Shown piece by piece: positions 1 to 15,200 of a DNA stretch of 64,000 bases. This DNA comes from Eledone cirrhosa (lineage: Eukaryota). The notes below the pieces were generated by a model. It was not told where the DNA came from and ran no database searches. It was given only the letters and a program-made list of their open reading frames with translations. Position numbers and translations under genes: made by a program. Numbering within the stretch: the stretch's first letter is position 1; each line of letters starts with the position of its first letter. The DNA is taken from the NCBI GenBank assembly GCA_964016885.1, contig OZ024750.1:14136001-14200000 (forward strand), given 5' to 3'.

Positions 1-199
1 CTATGCTGAAACACAATCAATATCTTGTTACAAATTTGATTACATGTCATTTGACTGAGAGGAGTCACAATCATCTCTGCCGGAATTAACAGGACACTAA
101 TCAAACTTTAAAATGTTCATTTCCGTATGTTACTTTAAAGCATTTTAGCCTGACTCTTTGCTATTCATATTAACTGGCTGATTTACAGCTGTTTCCGTG

Positions 200-660
200 T
201 TTGAGATTCCTACAATGTTATAGTGTTATTCCGGTGGATGGCGAAGGAAATGTGTTGAAATAGTCATACCAACTCGCGGGGCTCACTCCTGCAGGTGAAC
301 AACAACGCTCTTATATCAATGAGTAATGAGATGGTATGGGGACCAAAAATACTGGAAGTTTCTACAGCTACAGGTACAACAACAAACCAACCGTATAGCG
401 ACCGATATTTCAACAGCTTGAGATCTTCGGCTAATCGGAAAACAAATCCTGAGTCTATAACCGAATGTGCTAAATTGCTGTTGAAGAAAGTATCACTGCA
501 TGTTGCATCCCAAATCAGGAGCTTACCACCTCGGAACGGGAAGATCATGATAAAATCTGGCCATCTGGCCATCTAGCCATCTGGCCATCTGGCCATCTGG
601 TTATCTGGCCTTCTGCCGTCCACTCAGTTCAACACCATCAGCTCGAACTGGAAAAGTTAT
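200..660 (-). mobile_element. Decayed CRE/NeSL-type non-LTR element, restriction-like endonuclease region
   Basis: PD..FPFRGGKLLIWDATCSDT..AEDLKLLKY..VPVAVET; interrupted by a 9-bp tggccatct tandem repeat. Confidence 0.7.
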
Positions 661-1281
661 GATTGTTCTTACATTTGGAATATTTTTCTCTTCAAAGAAT
701 ATATCTTATTTGATCGTTTTTTAAGAATAATTGTAAATTATTTGATATAGTCATTGTTTTATGCTCCACATTTTGTAGTTGCTTCGTTGTTGAAATCATA
801 TTTAACATTCCGGATCAAACACATTTTGTTGGTGATATTTTTTTTTTTTTTACAAGATGTCTGATTAAAAAGAAATCGATTGTTCCTTTTGTGTTGTTGT
901 TGTTGTTTTATTTTGTTTATTTTTTTGTTTCTAGTTACAGCGACATCTGTTGGTCGTTTATAAATACCATACACCTTTCCAGTCTCTGTTTAATATACAC
1001 ACATTGATTGATGTGATAGAATTTATTCAACTTGGATGTTGTTTCTTAGTAGGAAATCAATTTGTTGTAATAATTGTTTCTACGTTTGGCACAAGGCCAG
1101 CAATTAACCAGAGCATTACTGGTACTTTATTTTATCGACCCCGTAAGGATGAAAGGCAAAGTTAACCTCGGCGGGATTTGAACTCAGAATGGCAAGGGCC
1201 ATAACTCTATACGTCAAAGCATAGCGTCCGACCCTCTACCGATACTGCCAATGCACAATGCCAGCAATCTTTTTTTTTTTG

Positions 1282-1314
<33 letters not shown>

Positions 1315-1685
1315 ATTACTGGTACTTTAATTTATCGACCCCCGTAGGGATTAAAAGCAAAGCTAACCTCAGCGGGATTTGAACTCAGAACGTAAATGGC
1401 CATAACTCTATGCTACAAAGTATGGTGTCCGGCGCTCTACCGATACTACTAATCCATTTATAATAATTGTTTCTACTGTTGGCACAAGGCCAGTAATTAC
1501 CCCAGTACATTACTGGTACTTTATTTTATCGACCCCCTAACGATGAAAGGCAGAGCTAACCTCGGAGGGATTTGAACTGGGGTAATTGCTGGCCTTGTGC
1601 CAAATGTAGAAACAATTATTATTTCTTCTTTCTTTCTTCTTTTCTTCTTGGTATCTCGCACACATCGACAACCATCACCTCACCC

Positions 1686-2560
<875 letters not shown>

Positions 2561-2633
2561 AATGTTATTACAAATAACCGGAAGTGCTCCCCCTCGGCAT
2601 CTCATCTCTCTCGCTCTCCCTCTCTCTCTCTCT

Positions 2634-2665
<32 letters not shown>

Positions 2666-3059
2666 CACATACATACATACATATACAATACTATTACAAA
2701 TAACCGGAAGTGCTCCCCCATCGACATCTCTCTCTCTCTCTCTCTCTTTTACAAACAGTGTTTTAACAAACCGGAAGTGTCATTGAACGTCCTGCAGTAT
2801 ACGGGTGATCGATACACGGAGTAAGTGTTGTTCCAATGAAATCAGAAGTAACAGATAGGAGAAGGAAATAGCTGCAAAAGGATACGGGCTTGTGATGCTG
2901 GTTGTCACACGTGGACCCTCCAATGTGTACAAAGTAAAACTGTGTCAGTGTGTAAACATAACGGTATGCATTATATGTAGAATCACGCACATGCGCTTGT
3001 GTGTATTATGTCACATATATATATATATATAGAATCAGATACATACATACATATATACA

Positions 3060-3114
<55 letters not shown>

Positions 3115-3170
3115 GCGCGCGCACACACATGTATATATTTAGAGAGAGAGATGCGTGTGTATTATATATG

Positions 3171-3253
<83 letters not shown>

Positions 3254-3395
3254 TGTGTGTGTCACAGAGAGACAGAGAGAGAGAGAGTGTGTGTGTGTGT
3301 CACAGAGAGACAGAGACAGACAGAGAGAGAGAGAGAGACAGACATAGAGAGCAACAGACAGAGACAGAGAGGGAGAGAGAGAGTGACAGACAGGC

Positions 3396-3434
<39 letters not shown>

Positions 3435-3894
3435 GAGAGACAGACATAGAGAGCAACAGACAGAGAGGGAGAGAGAGAGTGACAGACAGAGAGAGAGAGA
3501 GAGAGAGGAAGAGAGGTGGGTGGAGATACATACGTGTGTGTTTGTGTGCAGTCTTTTAATTGATCCGACAACGACGACTTACTCTAATTATGATCGATGT
3601 AAGCAATTTACCAATGGTGTGTCTCATTTCTTGATAGACCTATTTTAATGACTAACAATAACAATGGTGAGAGTAAACATCCCACCTAGACACACAAGTA
3701 TAGACTGTTGCACTGGGGCCGGTGTTTGGGGGGGGATCAGTCTCTCTTCTAGGGGGAGACAAATTACATTATCTACGAGATGCAAGGGTGATGGATTGGC
3801 AGTATCGGTAGAGCGTCGGACAATATGGTTTGTGGCATAGATTTACGGCCCTTTACGCTCTTTCTCTCTATCTATCTATCTCTATTACTATATC

Positions 3895-4168
<274 letters not shown>

Positions 4169-4324
4169 TTTCCCACTCTACTACCCTAAGTATTGAGTAC
4201 TCTGGTGCGTTATGGTCCATCTGGTTCCTTACCACAATTCCTTTGTTATATATATATGCACTGGGGTCGATTTAGTCGACTTTCCTCTCCCCTAAAATTG
4301 TTGGTCTCTGTGCCTGGGTCGGGG

Positions 4325-4760
4325 TGATGTTACGGCTGCAGCCCGCGAACAAAACTGCAAAGGCATTTCTGCGGACAATGGCCAGCAAAACCCGCTGCAA
4401 CAGCCACCCAACCTTGCGATACTCCTTCCTCAGACGGGCTGCTGACGTTTCGATTTTACGGAGGAGCTCGGCTGTACGAGTCTGGACGGTGCCCGGTGCA
4501 AAGAGAAAGCGGTCGAACAAGTCCCGATATTTGATTGTCCTCTGCATTGCGGGCCGCGATACCGGGGTTTGTGGCCGAAACGACTAAGTTGGAGGAAGAA
4601 AATGTGTCACAGCATGTAACGTCCCAGATGAGGGATTTACCTCCTTCGAATGGGAAGAGGGTAATTCCGTCGGGGCGCCTGCTGTCTCCATGGTCGAGGC
4701 CTGCTGTCTCCAGTTGTGATGGGAAGCCGGCTGCATCCAGGCTCCTTCTCAATATATCGT
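4325..4760 (-). mobile_element. Second CRE/NeSL-type endonuclease remnant (frameshifted)
   Basis: GLDHGDSRRPDGITLFPFEGGKSLIWDVTCCDT..AARNAE / KYRDL..LLQRVLLAIVRRNA. Confidence 0.78.
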
Positions 4761-5283
4761 TTATCCGAAAAACAAGGCTCGTAGCTTTGTATATTGATAG
4801 CCATGGTAAGTGATTCTTACGGCTGTGTTCTGTTAACTTGTCCGATTACTATAATTGTTTCTACTTTTAGCACAAGGCCAGCAAATTACCCAGTGCATTA
4901 CTGGTACTTTATTGTATCGACCCCGTAAGGATGAAAGGCAAAGTTAACCTCGGCGGGATTTGAACTCAGACCGTAAAGGGACGTAACTCTATGCTGCAAA
5001 GCAAGGTGTCCGACTCGTGTATAATTGAGCCGATCCTTTAAACTATAATTGTCAAACGGAAGTGTGGCTTTGTTGCCACAAATATGCGGAGAATGTTATA
5101 GATAAGGAGATTCGTAACACAATCTTTCCCATTTCCCTTTAGTTCATACCTCACACGTTAGTAAGTCGGATAAAATGTTTTGCGATATTTGTTCTTGCTT
5201 TGAGTTCAAATCCCACAGTTGTCAATTTTGTCTTTCGTCCTTTTAAGGTTGATTAAAAAAATCCTAGTCCAGTACTGTTGTCG

Positions 5284-5347
<64 letters not shown>

Positions 5348-5663
5348 TCTCTCTCTATCTATCTATCTCTCTCTCTCTATCTATCTCTCTCTCTCTCTCT
5401 CACTCACTCTTCTTCTTCTTCTTCCTCTCTGGAAGAAATCGGCTATTCAGACCTGGAGAAGTATGAGTTGACCCGATTAACTAACTTATCATACAAGGGT
5501 CGACTGAAAATTTCATAGGCTGTCTATGAAGGAGTGATAGTAGAGCTGTGAAATCTTGCATGCATTGAATTCAACTCTTCTTTCTACCGGATAGATATCC
5601 TCAACCAAAAGCCTACCAAAAATAAATGGTAAAATTTTGTTACTGATTCATTATTTCTATTTA

Positions 5664-5856
5664 GGGCGGTGGATTGGCAGTATCAGTAGACAGTCGGACG
5701 CCATGCTTTGTAGCATAGAGTTACGCCCATTTACGGTCTGAGTTCAAATCCCGCCGAGGTTAACTTTGCCTTTCATCCTTATGTGGTCGATAAAATAAAG
5801 TACCAGTAATGCACTGGGATAATTGCTGGCCTTGTGCCAAAAGTAGAAACAATTAT
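5664..5856 (+). mobile_element. tRNA-derived SINE (octopus OR/CORE-type), representative full copy
   Basis: A-box tggcagtatcagta, B-box gagttcaaatcc, core gttaactttgcctttcatcctta.gggtcgataaaataaagtaccag. Other copies at about 1071-1253(-), 1315-1455(-), 1465-1618, 4852-5017(-), 7337-7672 (tandem), 10403-10570, 10772-10930, 11459-11617, 24190-24378(-), 29350-29500(-), 32660-32810, 40587-40780(-), 41795-41968(-), 42818-43158 (- tandem), 44170-44465, 48045-48262(-), 51672-51810, 54290-54425(-). Confidence 0.9.
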
Positions 5857-6501
5857 TTCTATTGAGCCTCCTGTTTTGTCTTTTATACAGGTTCTTTGCT
5901 TATCTCCCTTGAATATTTTTTTCGGCTAGCATATGTTGAAATACCTTCTTAATACTCAAAATCCTATATCGTCCAACAAAATTTCCAATCGCCCACCATT
6001 TTTTGTTCAGTTGTTCATTGCCCACCAAACATTTGAACTTATGTCAGTGGGTGATATTGTCCCGGTTGGGAAACCCTGATATAAACAGACAACCAAACAG
6101 TCACTGAGCAGACATCTATTTGGTTTGCCTAGCAATAGCAATTCGCATATTGAAATAGTTTTTCTTTCTTTAATTTTCTTTTAAAAAAAAAAAGTTTATT
6201 ATTTATTTCCTATTTTTTCTTCACTTTTCTGCTGTTGGTGAGAGGCGGGGGGATAAACACAACTTGACTTTGGCTAAACATCAGCTTATAAAAACCCTGG
6301 AGACGGAATATTGACTTCGCAAACTTTCGCACCAAAACAAAGTGACAGACCCTAATAATAGTCAGCACATATTCTTTTGATTAGCACCAGAGAAAAGAGA
6401 ACATAAAAAAAATACATGTGTGTATATATGTGTGTGGTATATTTGTGCTTATGTGTGTGTGCACGCACACAAATATATGCTGACGGTCATATATATGTGT
6501 G

Positions 6502-6574
<73 letters not shown>

Positions 6575-6699
6575 AGGGGCTGTGTGGTTACTGATAATAG
6601 GTGTTAGAAGGTAAGGAGACAGAAACAAGAGATGGACAGTCTCCCTTCGTCAGTAGTTTACTACGGATCACGGATGTTTAGGCGCATTATATATATATA

Positions 6700-6888
<189 letters not shown>

Positions 6889-7739
6889 CTTTATATATAT
6901 ATATATATATATTCCTTTATATATATATATATGCAAATATATTTCATGCATGCCTACACATATTCCAAGAGCACGCGTGTCATTCTCTTTAAGGTATTCT
7001 TATATATTATTAATAAAAATCTATTATATTCCATTCCAGGACTTTCTCAATCCTGTTGGAGGCACCCCTCCCCCAGTTGACCTCCACCACTTTCTGTTTG
7101 GTTTTAGTCATGCTGTACTCACCGCTTTTGGCCAATTACGGCTTTATGGATTGGTAGAGCTATTTATTTAGCCCATAGTTGAGGTGGGTGAGCGTTGATT
7201 CTGAGGAGTTTATTCGCCCTTTTACTATATTATCAGCATGAAATTTGAACCTTTTCTTTTTTATTCAACCCTTTGTTAAAACGTTACAAGAAGAATATAT
7301 CCTCGTTATGTCTACCAGATGTTGATTTTATTATTATGAGTTACGGCCCTTTACGTTCTGACTTCAAATTCCGCCGGGGTTAGCTTTGCCTTTCATTCTT
7401 ACGGGGTCGATAAAATAAAGTACCAGTAACGCACTGGGGTCAATTTAATCGACTTTCTCCTCCCCAAAATTGCTGGCCTTATGCCTATATAAGAAACCAT
7501 TATTATGAGTTACGGCCCTTTATGTTCTAAGTTCAAATTCCGCCGGGGTGAGTTTTTATTTTCATCCTTACGGGGTCGATAAAATAAAGTACTAGTAATG
7601 CACTGAGGTCAATTTAATCGACTTTCCCCTCCCCCAAATTGTTGGCCTTGTGCATAAATCAGAAACCATTATTATAATAATGTGAGGGCGGTGGATTAGC
7701 AGTATAATCGGTAGAGCACCAGATAAAATGCTTTCTATT

Positions 7740-8059
7740 TCATCTTTAATTTCTCATTCTATTTGCTGATGAAGGAGTTGCATCCGAAACGTTAAGATTC
7801 TTTTCCTTTGTTACTATATCAAGCGTGAAGCTAATATGTTTCTTCATTGTACTGTGTTGTTTGCTTTGTTATTTCATTTTTCATATATATATATATATAT
7901 ACCCACCCGTCTCTTCAATCTATCTTATTTCTCATTCTTTCTTCTGATGAAGGACTAGCGTCCGAAACGTTAAGACCCCCTTCCGGCTATTTCAAGCGTT
8001 AACCTAATATATTCCTTCCATATACTGTACCGATTGTGTTGTTATTTCTGTTTACCTTT

Positions 8060-8062
<3 letters not shown>
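7740..8062 (+). ncRNA. Tandem pair of ~180-bp units, each with a minimal hammerhead-like motif
   Basis: ctgatgaagga..tccgaaacgttaag at 7766-7796 and 7944-7974; palindromic aacgtt; each unit ends in (TA)n. Confidence 0.7.
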
Positions 8063-8092
<30 letters not shown>

Positions 8093-8237
8093 GGGGAGAG
8101 AGGGAGGGTTAGGGTTAAAGTTAGATAGATAATGTGTTTGTATTCTTGTGAACATATTGTGAAACTAGATTAACGAGACTTCATGACTCTTTTGGGACGA
8201 AAAGAAAATACTGATATTTTTTTTTAAATTTTACTTC

Positions 8238-8433
<196 letters not shown>

Positions 8434-8777
8434 TGTGTGTGTGTGTGGGTGTGTGTTTTGTTTGTTTTTGTTCTTTGAAATTCACTAATTCTTCATTTTT
8501 TTTTTTTTGTTCCTTTCTTTGTTTCGTTTTTTGGAATTCTTAAATGAACTTTTGTCTCTATTTCTTTAACTATCTTTCAATTTGTTATAGTCGATCAACA
8601 TGCTACCTTTTTTTTGCTTTCTCTAATTCCTCCATTGCTTCTCTCCCCTCCCCCCCCCCCCCCCTCTCTCTCTCTCTATATATATATATATATTATGTAT
8701 ATATATATATATACGGAAACAAAGCAAAATGAAAAAAAAAATTCAAGGGGAAACCTATATATATATATATATATATA

Positions 8778-8858
8778 TAGGGTGTCCCCCAAAACTGCAT
8801 ACACACTTCAATAGCATTCTAATAAATATGTGTATACATTTTTTGGGACACCCTGTAT
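8778..8858. mobile_element. Tc1/mariner-type MITE; second copy at 55477-55580
   Basis: TA-(c)agggtgtccc..gggacaccctg-TA termini; shared interior acacacttcaa.agcattctaataaatat. Confidence 0.75.
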
Positions 8859-8861
8859 ATG

Positions 8862-8933
<72 letters not shown>

Positions 8934-9132
8934 TCCCTGTATTTATGTATCTATCTATCTCTATCTATCTCTTCCTCTCTCTCTCTCTCTCTCTCTCTAA
9001 TTCTCTTGGGGAGGGGTAGACTGGATTGTTATATTCAAATTACATGAGATATGACTAAGAACGAGCAAGAGAGACGGAAAAAGTGAGGGAGAGATACAGA
9101 GATTAAAAAGAGAGAGGTGTAGATAGTGAAAG

Positions 9133-9291
<159 letters not shown>

Positions 9292-9466
9292 AGGCAGGCA
9301 GACAGAGAGAGAAATTTAAAAAAGTGGAAGAGAATAAAAAAAGGCAATAAAGATATGATGTAAGTGTTTGGAGGTCGTAGGTGTGGAGGATGTTAAGTCA
9401 AAAAATGGATCTTTAGCTTTAACTTTCTGCTCTCATTTATTGTTGTTATTGTTGTCGACGTTGCTT

Positions 9467-9498
<32 letters not shown>

Positions 9499-9607
9499 GA
9501 CGTTGCTATTAATTGACATTTCATTGAGTGATGATAATCTATCCCTCTTGAATAACGTGTTGACTTATTTTATTAAAAGATAGCTTTATATATATGTCAC
9601 GAATTTA

Positions 9608-9624
9608 CAATAATAATAATAATA

Positions 9625-9668
<44 letters not shown>

Positions 9669-10054
9669 AGTGAGGAGGAGGAGGAGGAGGAGGGGGAGAA
9701 GAAGAAGAAGAAGAAGAAGAAGAAGAAGAAGAAGAAGAAGAAGAAGAAGAATGATGCTGAGAATGAGAATGATGATGGTGGTAGTGGTGGTGTTGGCGTT
9801 GTTGGTGGTGGTGGTGGTGGTGGTAGTGGTGGTGGTGGTAGTGGTGGTAGTGGTGGTAGTGGTGGTCGTGGTGGTCGTGGTTGTAGTGGTGGCGGTGATG
9901 ATGGTGGTGGTGGTAGTGGTGGTGATGATGGTGGTGGTGGTGGTAGTGGTGGTGATAGTGGTGGCGGTGATGATGATGGTGGTGGTAGTGGTGGTGGTGG
10001 TAGTGGTGGCGGTGATGATGGTGGTAGTGGTGGTGGTGGTGGTGGTGGTGGTGG

Positions 10055-10085
<31 letters not shown>

Positions 10086-10112
10086 GGTGGTGGTGGTGGT
10101 GGTGGTGGTGGT
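9608..10112. repeat. Compound trinucleotide tract (AAT)(GAT)(GAG)(AAG)(GGT)
   Basis: Direct reading. Confidence 0.95.
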
Positions 10113-11964
10113 TTTGGCGATGGTGAAAATAAAAACAACATATATGGAAATACAAATAAATGAGAATTATATTTCGTAAAAAAACAAAGCAAATAAATAT
10201 TTTTTTTTTTAAATGGAAAATATTTAATATGAAAAAAAAAAAAAAATGGATGATTGAAAAAAAAAAGGATAAACTCTAAATATCATCGTAATAATGAACA
10301 ATATGACTGAAAGATGGAGGAAGATAAAGATTTTGTTTTTAACAGGAAGGAAGAAGGATTTTAAGTAATTAGAGTGCTGGGAGTGTTTGTAATAGAGTAT
10401 TGAGGCGGCGAATTGGTAGAGTGGTTAGGACTTTGGATAAACTGTTTTGTGCAATATATTTGTTTCGGTTCTTTGCGCTCTCTGAGTTCAAATCCTGTCG
10501 AGGCCAACTTTGCTTTTCATCCTTTCGAGGTCGATAAAAAGAAAGGTACCTGTTGAGAGTGCTGTGGTCAATTCTTCCTCCTCCGTATCACTTTCACACT
10601 TCGCCAGGTTTAAAATGCCCAAGACACGCTGCATGTCATTACGGCGCCCTTACGAATCCACCAGTAGATACAGGTCCTTACATACGTACGTTTAATTTAT
10701 AAGCCCGGAAAAATGAACCTGAGCCGAATGGGAACCCCGAACATAAAAGTACGTAGCCATTATAAATTCTTTGACGCCATGCTTTCCAGTATAGTTACGT
10801 CCCTTTACGGTCTGAGTTCAAATCCCGTCGAGGTTAACTTTGCCTTTCATCCTTACGGGGTCGATAAAATAAAGTACCAGTAATGTACTGGGTAATTACT
10901 GGACTTGTGCCAAAAGTAGAAACAATTATAAATTCCTTGTCTTTGTAGGATTTCAACTCAGTGTGCAGCGAGCCAGAACGAAATAACGCAACACATTCTA
11001 TCCGACCTTCTACCGCCTGTTTTAACCCTTTAGCATATGTTATTTTAGTTATTTTACACATGTCACTCACAATGTTATCTTCGTATTTCAGCTAAAAGAA
11101 TCCAAAAGAACCAGTCTTCGGTGTCACAACAGCACTTTTATCGACAACAACAACAACAACAACCCTAATAATCTCTAATGTTCAACAGAACGTCTCTTTG
11201 TACGTTGTACTTAACTTCTGTGGTATATATGTTTAATTGGTTAATAGTATGAGTTGCCAAACAATAATTCTTTTCTTTGCTGAGATGTCCTAATAAAATC
11301 ATTTACCATGCTTCTCACTAACTCCACTACATTTAGTCAAGGTGATATATAAACATGAATGAAGAAAACATATTTTCAAATATATAGGGTTGCCCCTGTT
11401 TTGATGGGACCCGCGGTATGTGTTCTACTAAATTTCTATCGTTGTTATATAACACTAGGTCGGACGCCATGCTTTGCAGCAAAGAGTTACGGCCCTTTAT
11501 GGTCTGGGTTCAAATCCTGCCGAGGTTAACTTTGCTTTCATCTTTACGGGGTCGATAAAATACCAGTAATACACTGGGGTAATTGCTGGCCTTGTCCCAA
11601 AAGTGGAAACAGTTATATAACAATAGGGTCAACCCTTATCAAGCATGCGTGTGCCATTCCAGTAATCAGCCGAATGACTAGGTACCTTCCACTGACCTAT
11701 TGTACCAGATACGCCATGCCTCCATCTAGCTTAGGACCATACAGTATATTCAGACCAGGGTCGGAAAATCCATTTCAGGCCCTAAGCACTTAAAAAATGA
11801 TAGTACTCACACGCTCCATTTATAGGGTTCCCCAAAACTCCCAATTTTTTTTTAATGGCAATACATCTAATTTGAATAAAGTTATGCTCCTCTTGCCTTG
11901 ATGTCCTTAGCCTGTTTATTTTACTTAATGGTTAATCTAGGTAGTTAGATAGGTAGATAGGTAA

Positions 11965-12007
<43 letters not shown>

Positions 12008-12267
12008 GTAAATAGATAGATAGGTAGATAGGTAAATAGATAGATAGATAGATTTCTTTATTTACCATAAAGGCATAAAAAGAAGGGACAAATACAAAGG
12101 GGGAGTTTACATATAGTCGAGTAAAAAGGGTGTAACATGAAAATAATCGAAAATAACCTCAAAAGGGAGGGGACGTGATGGGGGTTGCACACACCCCCGA
12201 AAAAGTGTGCAATCCTTTGCCCGGGGAGCACATGGAGAAGGCGCTCCCCTCTCCTTTACTTCTTTAC

Positions 12268-15200
12268 CTACAGGATGGTATACAGAGAAGGCCCATTTAC
12301 ACGAGCCATTCTCGCCACTATCACCCACCTTTCATAAAACTGCCTGTGGCCAAGCACCTCTCTCTCCATTCTTATCCTTCTTCCGAAGTGATATCGGAAG
12401 AAGTAGACCAGACTATGGCCAGAGAGGAAGTTGCCTGACCTCAGACCTTTCAATCGTGTCCACCAAACAACCTCTTTCAACATGGCTATTACGCACAGAA
12501 AAACCGCCTTTGCTTCCTTTGTGAAGAGGGGAGGCGGTTTGATTGTCATCACGGACTCGGCTGTCAATTTAATCGGCGCCACCCGCGACAGCAGTTGTTC
12601 GGCGTAGCCCCACAGATCAGCCACGCCCGGACATTGCACCAATGCGTGCGCCACGGTTTCTTCGTGACGCACGCATCTAGGGCAAATCTTTTTTGAGGGA
12701 TCCCTGCCCGGGCGCCCGTGTCTGTAGAGCCTCTCTCGAACGGGTAGAGCCCCTCGGTAGCACTGCCAGGCCAGTGACTTCTGGAAGTTGTCCATTGGTC
12801 CTGGGCCGAAAGTCCTACCGAACAGGCTGGCCAGTTCGTCTTCTTCCATGTCCAGCGACTCTCCAAGGGTGTCATCGCCCCTGCTAGCCACCAGCCCTCT
12901 ATAGAATGATGAGGTGGATTCTCCACCGATGGCCCGGCCCGCTTGCCAGAGAGCCCTGAGCGCCTGAGCACACTCAGTGTGCCAGTCTCCCAGTTTTCCG
13001 GATCTTTGCTTGACCCAGGACTGTAGCTCGGTGAGTGAGACGAGTCTCGGAAAGGCTCGTTTCACGAACGGAGCCCACACCGGTTGACCAGTGAGGAATA
13101 CCTGTAGGTGCCGTAGCCTTAATGCGTGCCTACGCATCATCAACCACGGCATCCCCAGCCCTCCTTTCGAAGGTTGTTGGCAGCAGATGGATCTTCTCAC
13201 CATAGGAGGACGCTTCTTCCAAAGAAATTGGAAGAGCATGCGTTCCATGGTGGTGAGTGTTTCCTTAGGGCAAGGCACGACAGTCAGGCGGTAGTAAGTG
13301 ACGGACGCTATGTAAATGTTCGCCACCTCCGCCCGGCCTTTTAGGGACAGCTTACACTTGGCCCATTTCTGGGTTAGTGCAAACACCTTGTTCGTAACCT
13401 CGTTCCAGTTCTTTTCCACCTGGAGGTCCGGTCCAAACCAGACCCCAAGCAACTTTACCGGGCCCTCCGTCCAGTGTCCGACGACACCATCGGGAGGCAT
13501 CGGTCTGCCTCTCCACGTTCCGAGTTGCAGCCCGATGGATTTTTCCCGGTTCAGTTTCGCTCCTGACAACCTTTCGTACTCCTCCAGTAAGGTACCGATC
13601 GCCTCGATCTCCGAGTCGGTTGATACCATTACTGTTACGTCATCGGCGTAGGCCGACACCGCTTTGCTCAATCCTGGTTCCAGGGGGATACCCTGCAACA
13701 ACTCCAACTTCCTCAGTAAAGGCTCGAGAGTCAATACGTACAGAAGGGAGGAGAGAGGGCACCCCTGTCGAATGGATCGTGTGATTTCGAACGGCTTCGA
13801 AAGGTAGCCGTTCACCTTGATCCTAGAACAGATGTGGTTGCTATGTAGGGCAGTGATCCAGCCTCTGAAAACAGGACCGAACCCAGCCGCCGCTAGCACC
13901 GCATCCAGGTAACCATGGTCGACCCTATCGAAGGCCTTAGACTGATCCAAGTTGATCAGGGCCCCACCGAAGCCGGGTTTGTTGCCAACCCTCTCTATGA
14001 TGTATCGCATGAGGTGGAGGTTATCGTGAATGGACCTGGATGGGATAGCACATGTCTGCGCATCTCCCACCAGGCCACCCACGACAAGCGCCAACCTCTT
14101 TGCTAACACCTTGGCCAAAATCTTTAACTCTGTGTTTAGCAGGGTTATGGGCCGAAAATTATTTATACTATCCCCCTTGTTCTCGTCCTTCCTCACCAGC
14201 GTGACTACGCCCTTGGCTACAGAACAAGGAATTCTCCCGTTCTGCTGCCAATTGCAGTAGACCGCTTCGAGGAGTTCGGAGAAGAAGACCGGCATTGCTA
14301 AATAAAGTTCGTAAGGTATACCATCGAGACCTGGAGATTTGCGTCTGCTGCATTGGCTCAGCGCATCTCCGATCTCATCAGCCGAGATTGGTCCCTCGCA
14401 GGACTCCGCCTCTTTGTTCGAGAGACGCGGCAGGCCGTCGAGGTATGGACCGAAATCCACGCCCCGGCCCGGACCCTCGCCTCCCCCGAACAATCGGGCA
14501 AAGTGCTTTTGAAAGGCCTCGCACATCTGCTTAGGCTCCCGGATCACTCGTCCATCTTCGTCTTGCAACGACCGGATGGTGGATCGATTTCCACTTTTAG
14601 CTTCTGTCACGCGGGCCCATCCAACGGCTTTGGCCCCCTCATTACCTAGAGCACGTATTTTACTTCGAATGACGCAGCCTTCATGCTTTGCATCGAAAAA
14701 CTGGTTCAAGGCCGTCCTCGATGCCAGCACTCTGGCCACATCTTCGCTCTTGATTGCCTCTTCTAATTTACCTGTTAATTCTTTCTCGTTTCTATTCCTA
14801 TTGGCAGCTAACATCTTGCTATAACTTATTGATTCTGTTCTAATCTCTCTTTTGAGAGATGCCCACCATCGGTTGTTGACGATTGCACCCGTCAACCTCT
14901 CCTTAACTAATCTGCTAATCCGGTTTCTGTAAGTCTCTTTTGCCGGTAAAGACAAATTAAGTTTCCAGTAACCGGGACCCTGTCTATGTGTTTTCTCGAG
15001 ATTGACCACGCAGGTCACTAATTTGTGATCCGTGTAGCCAACCGTGCGCATTTCTGGACAGCTTAATATGTCCCTATCCTTACTTCTAACTAAGAATCTA
15101 TCTAAGTACGATCTAGATTGACCACTGTGGTTTCTCCAAGTCCAGGTAGGCACAGTTGGAAAATCTAGTCGATATCTATCGACCAAGTTAAAACGGTCGA

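Noticed and set aside
9586-10192. Gly-, His- or Pro-rich protein
   Set aside because: Compound trinucleotide repeat open in four frames, with no splice or domain support
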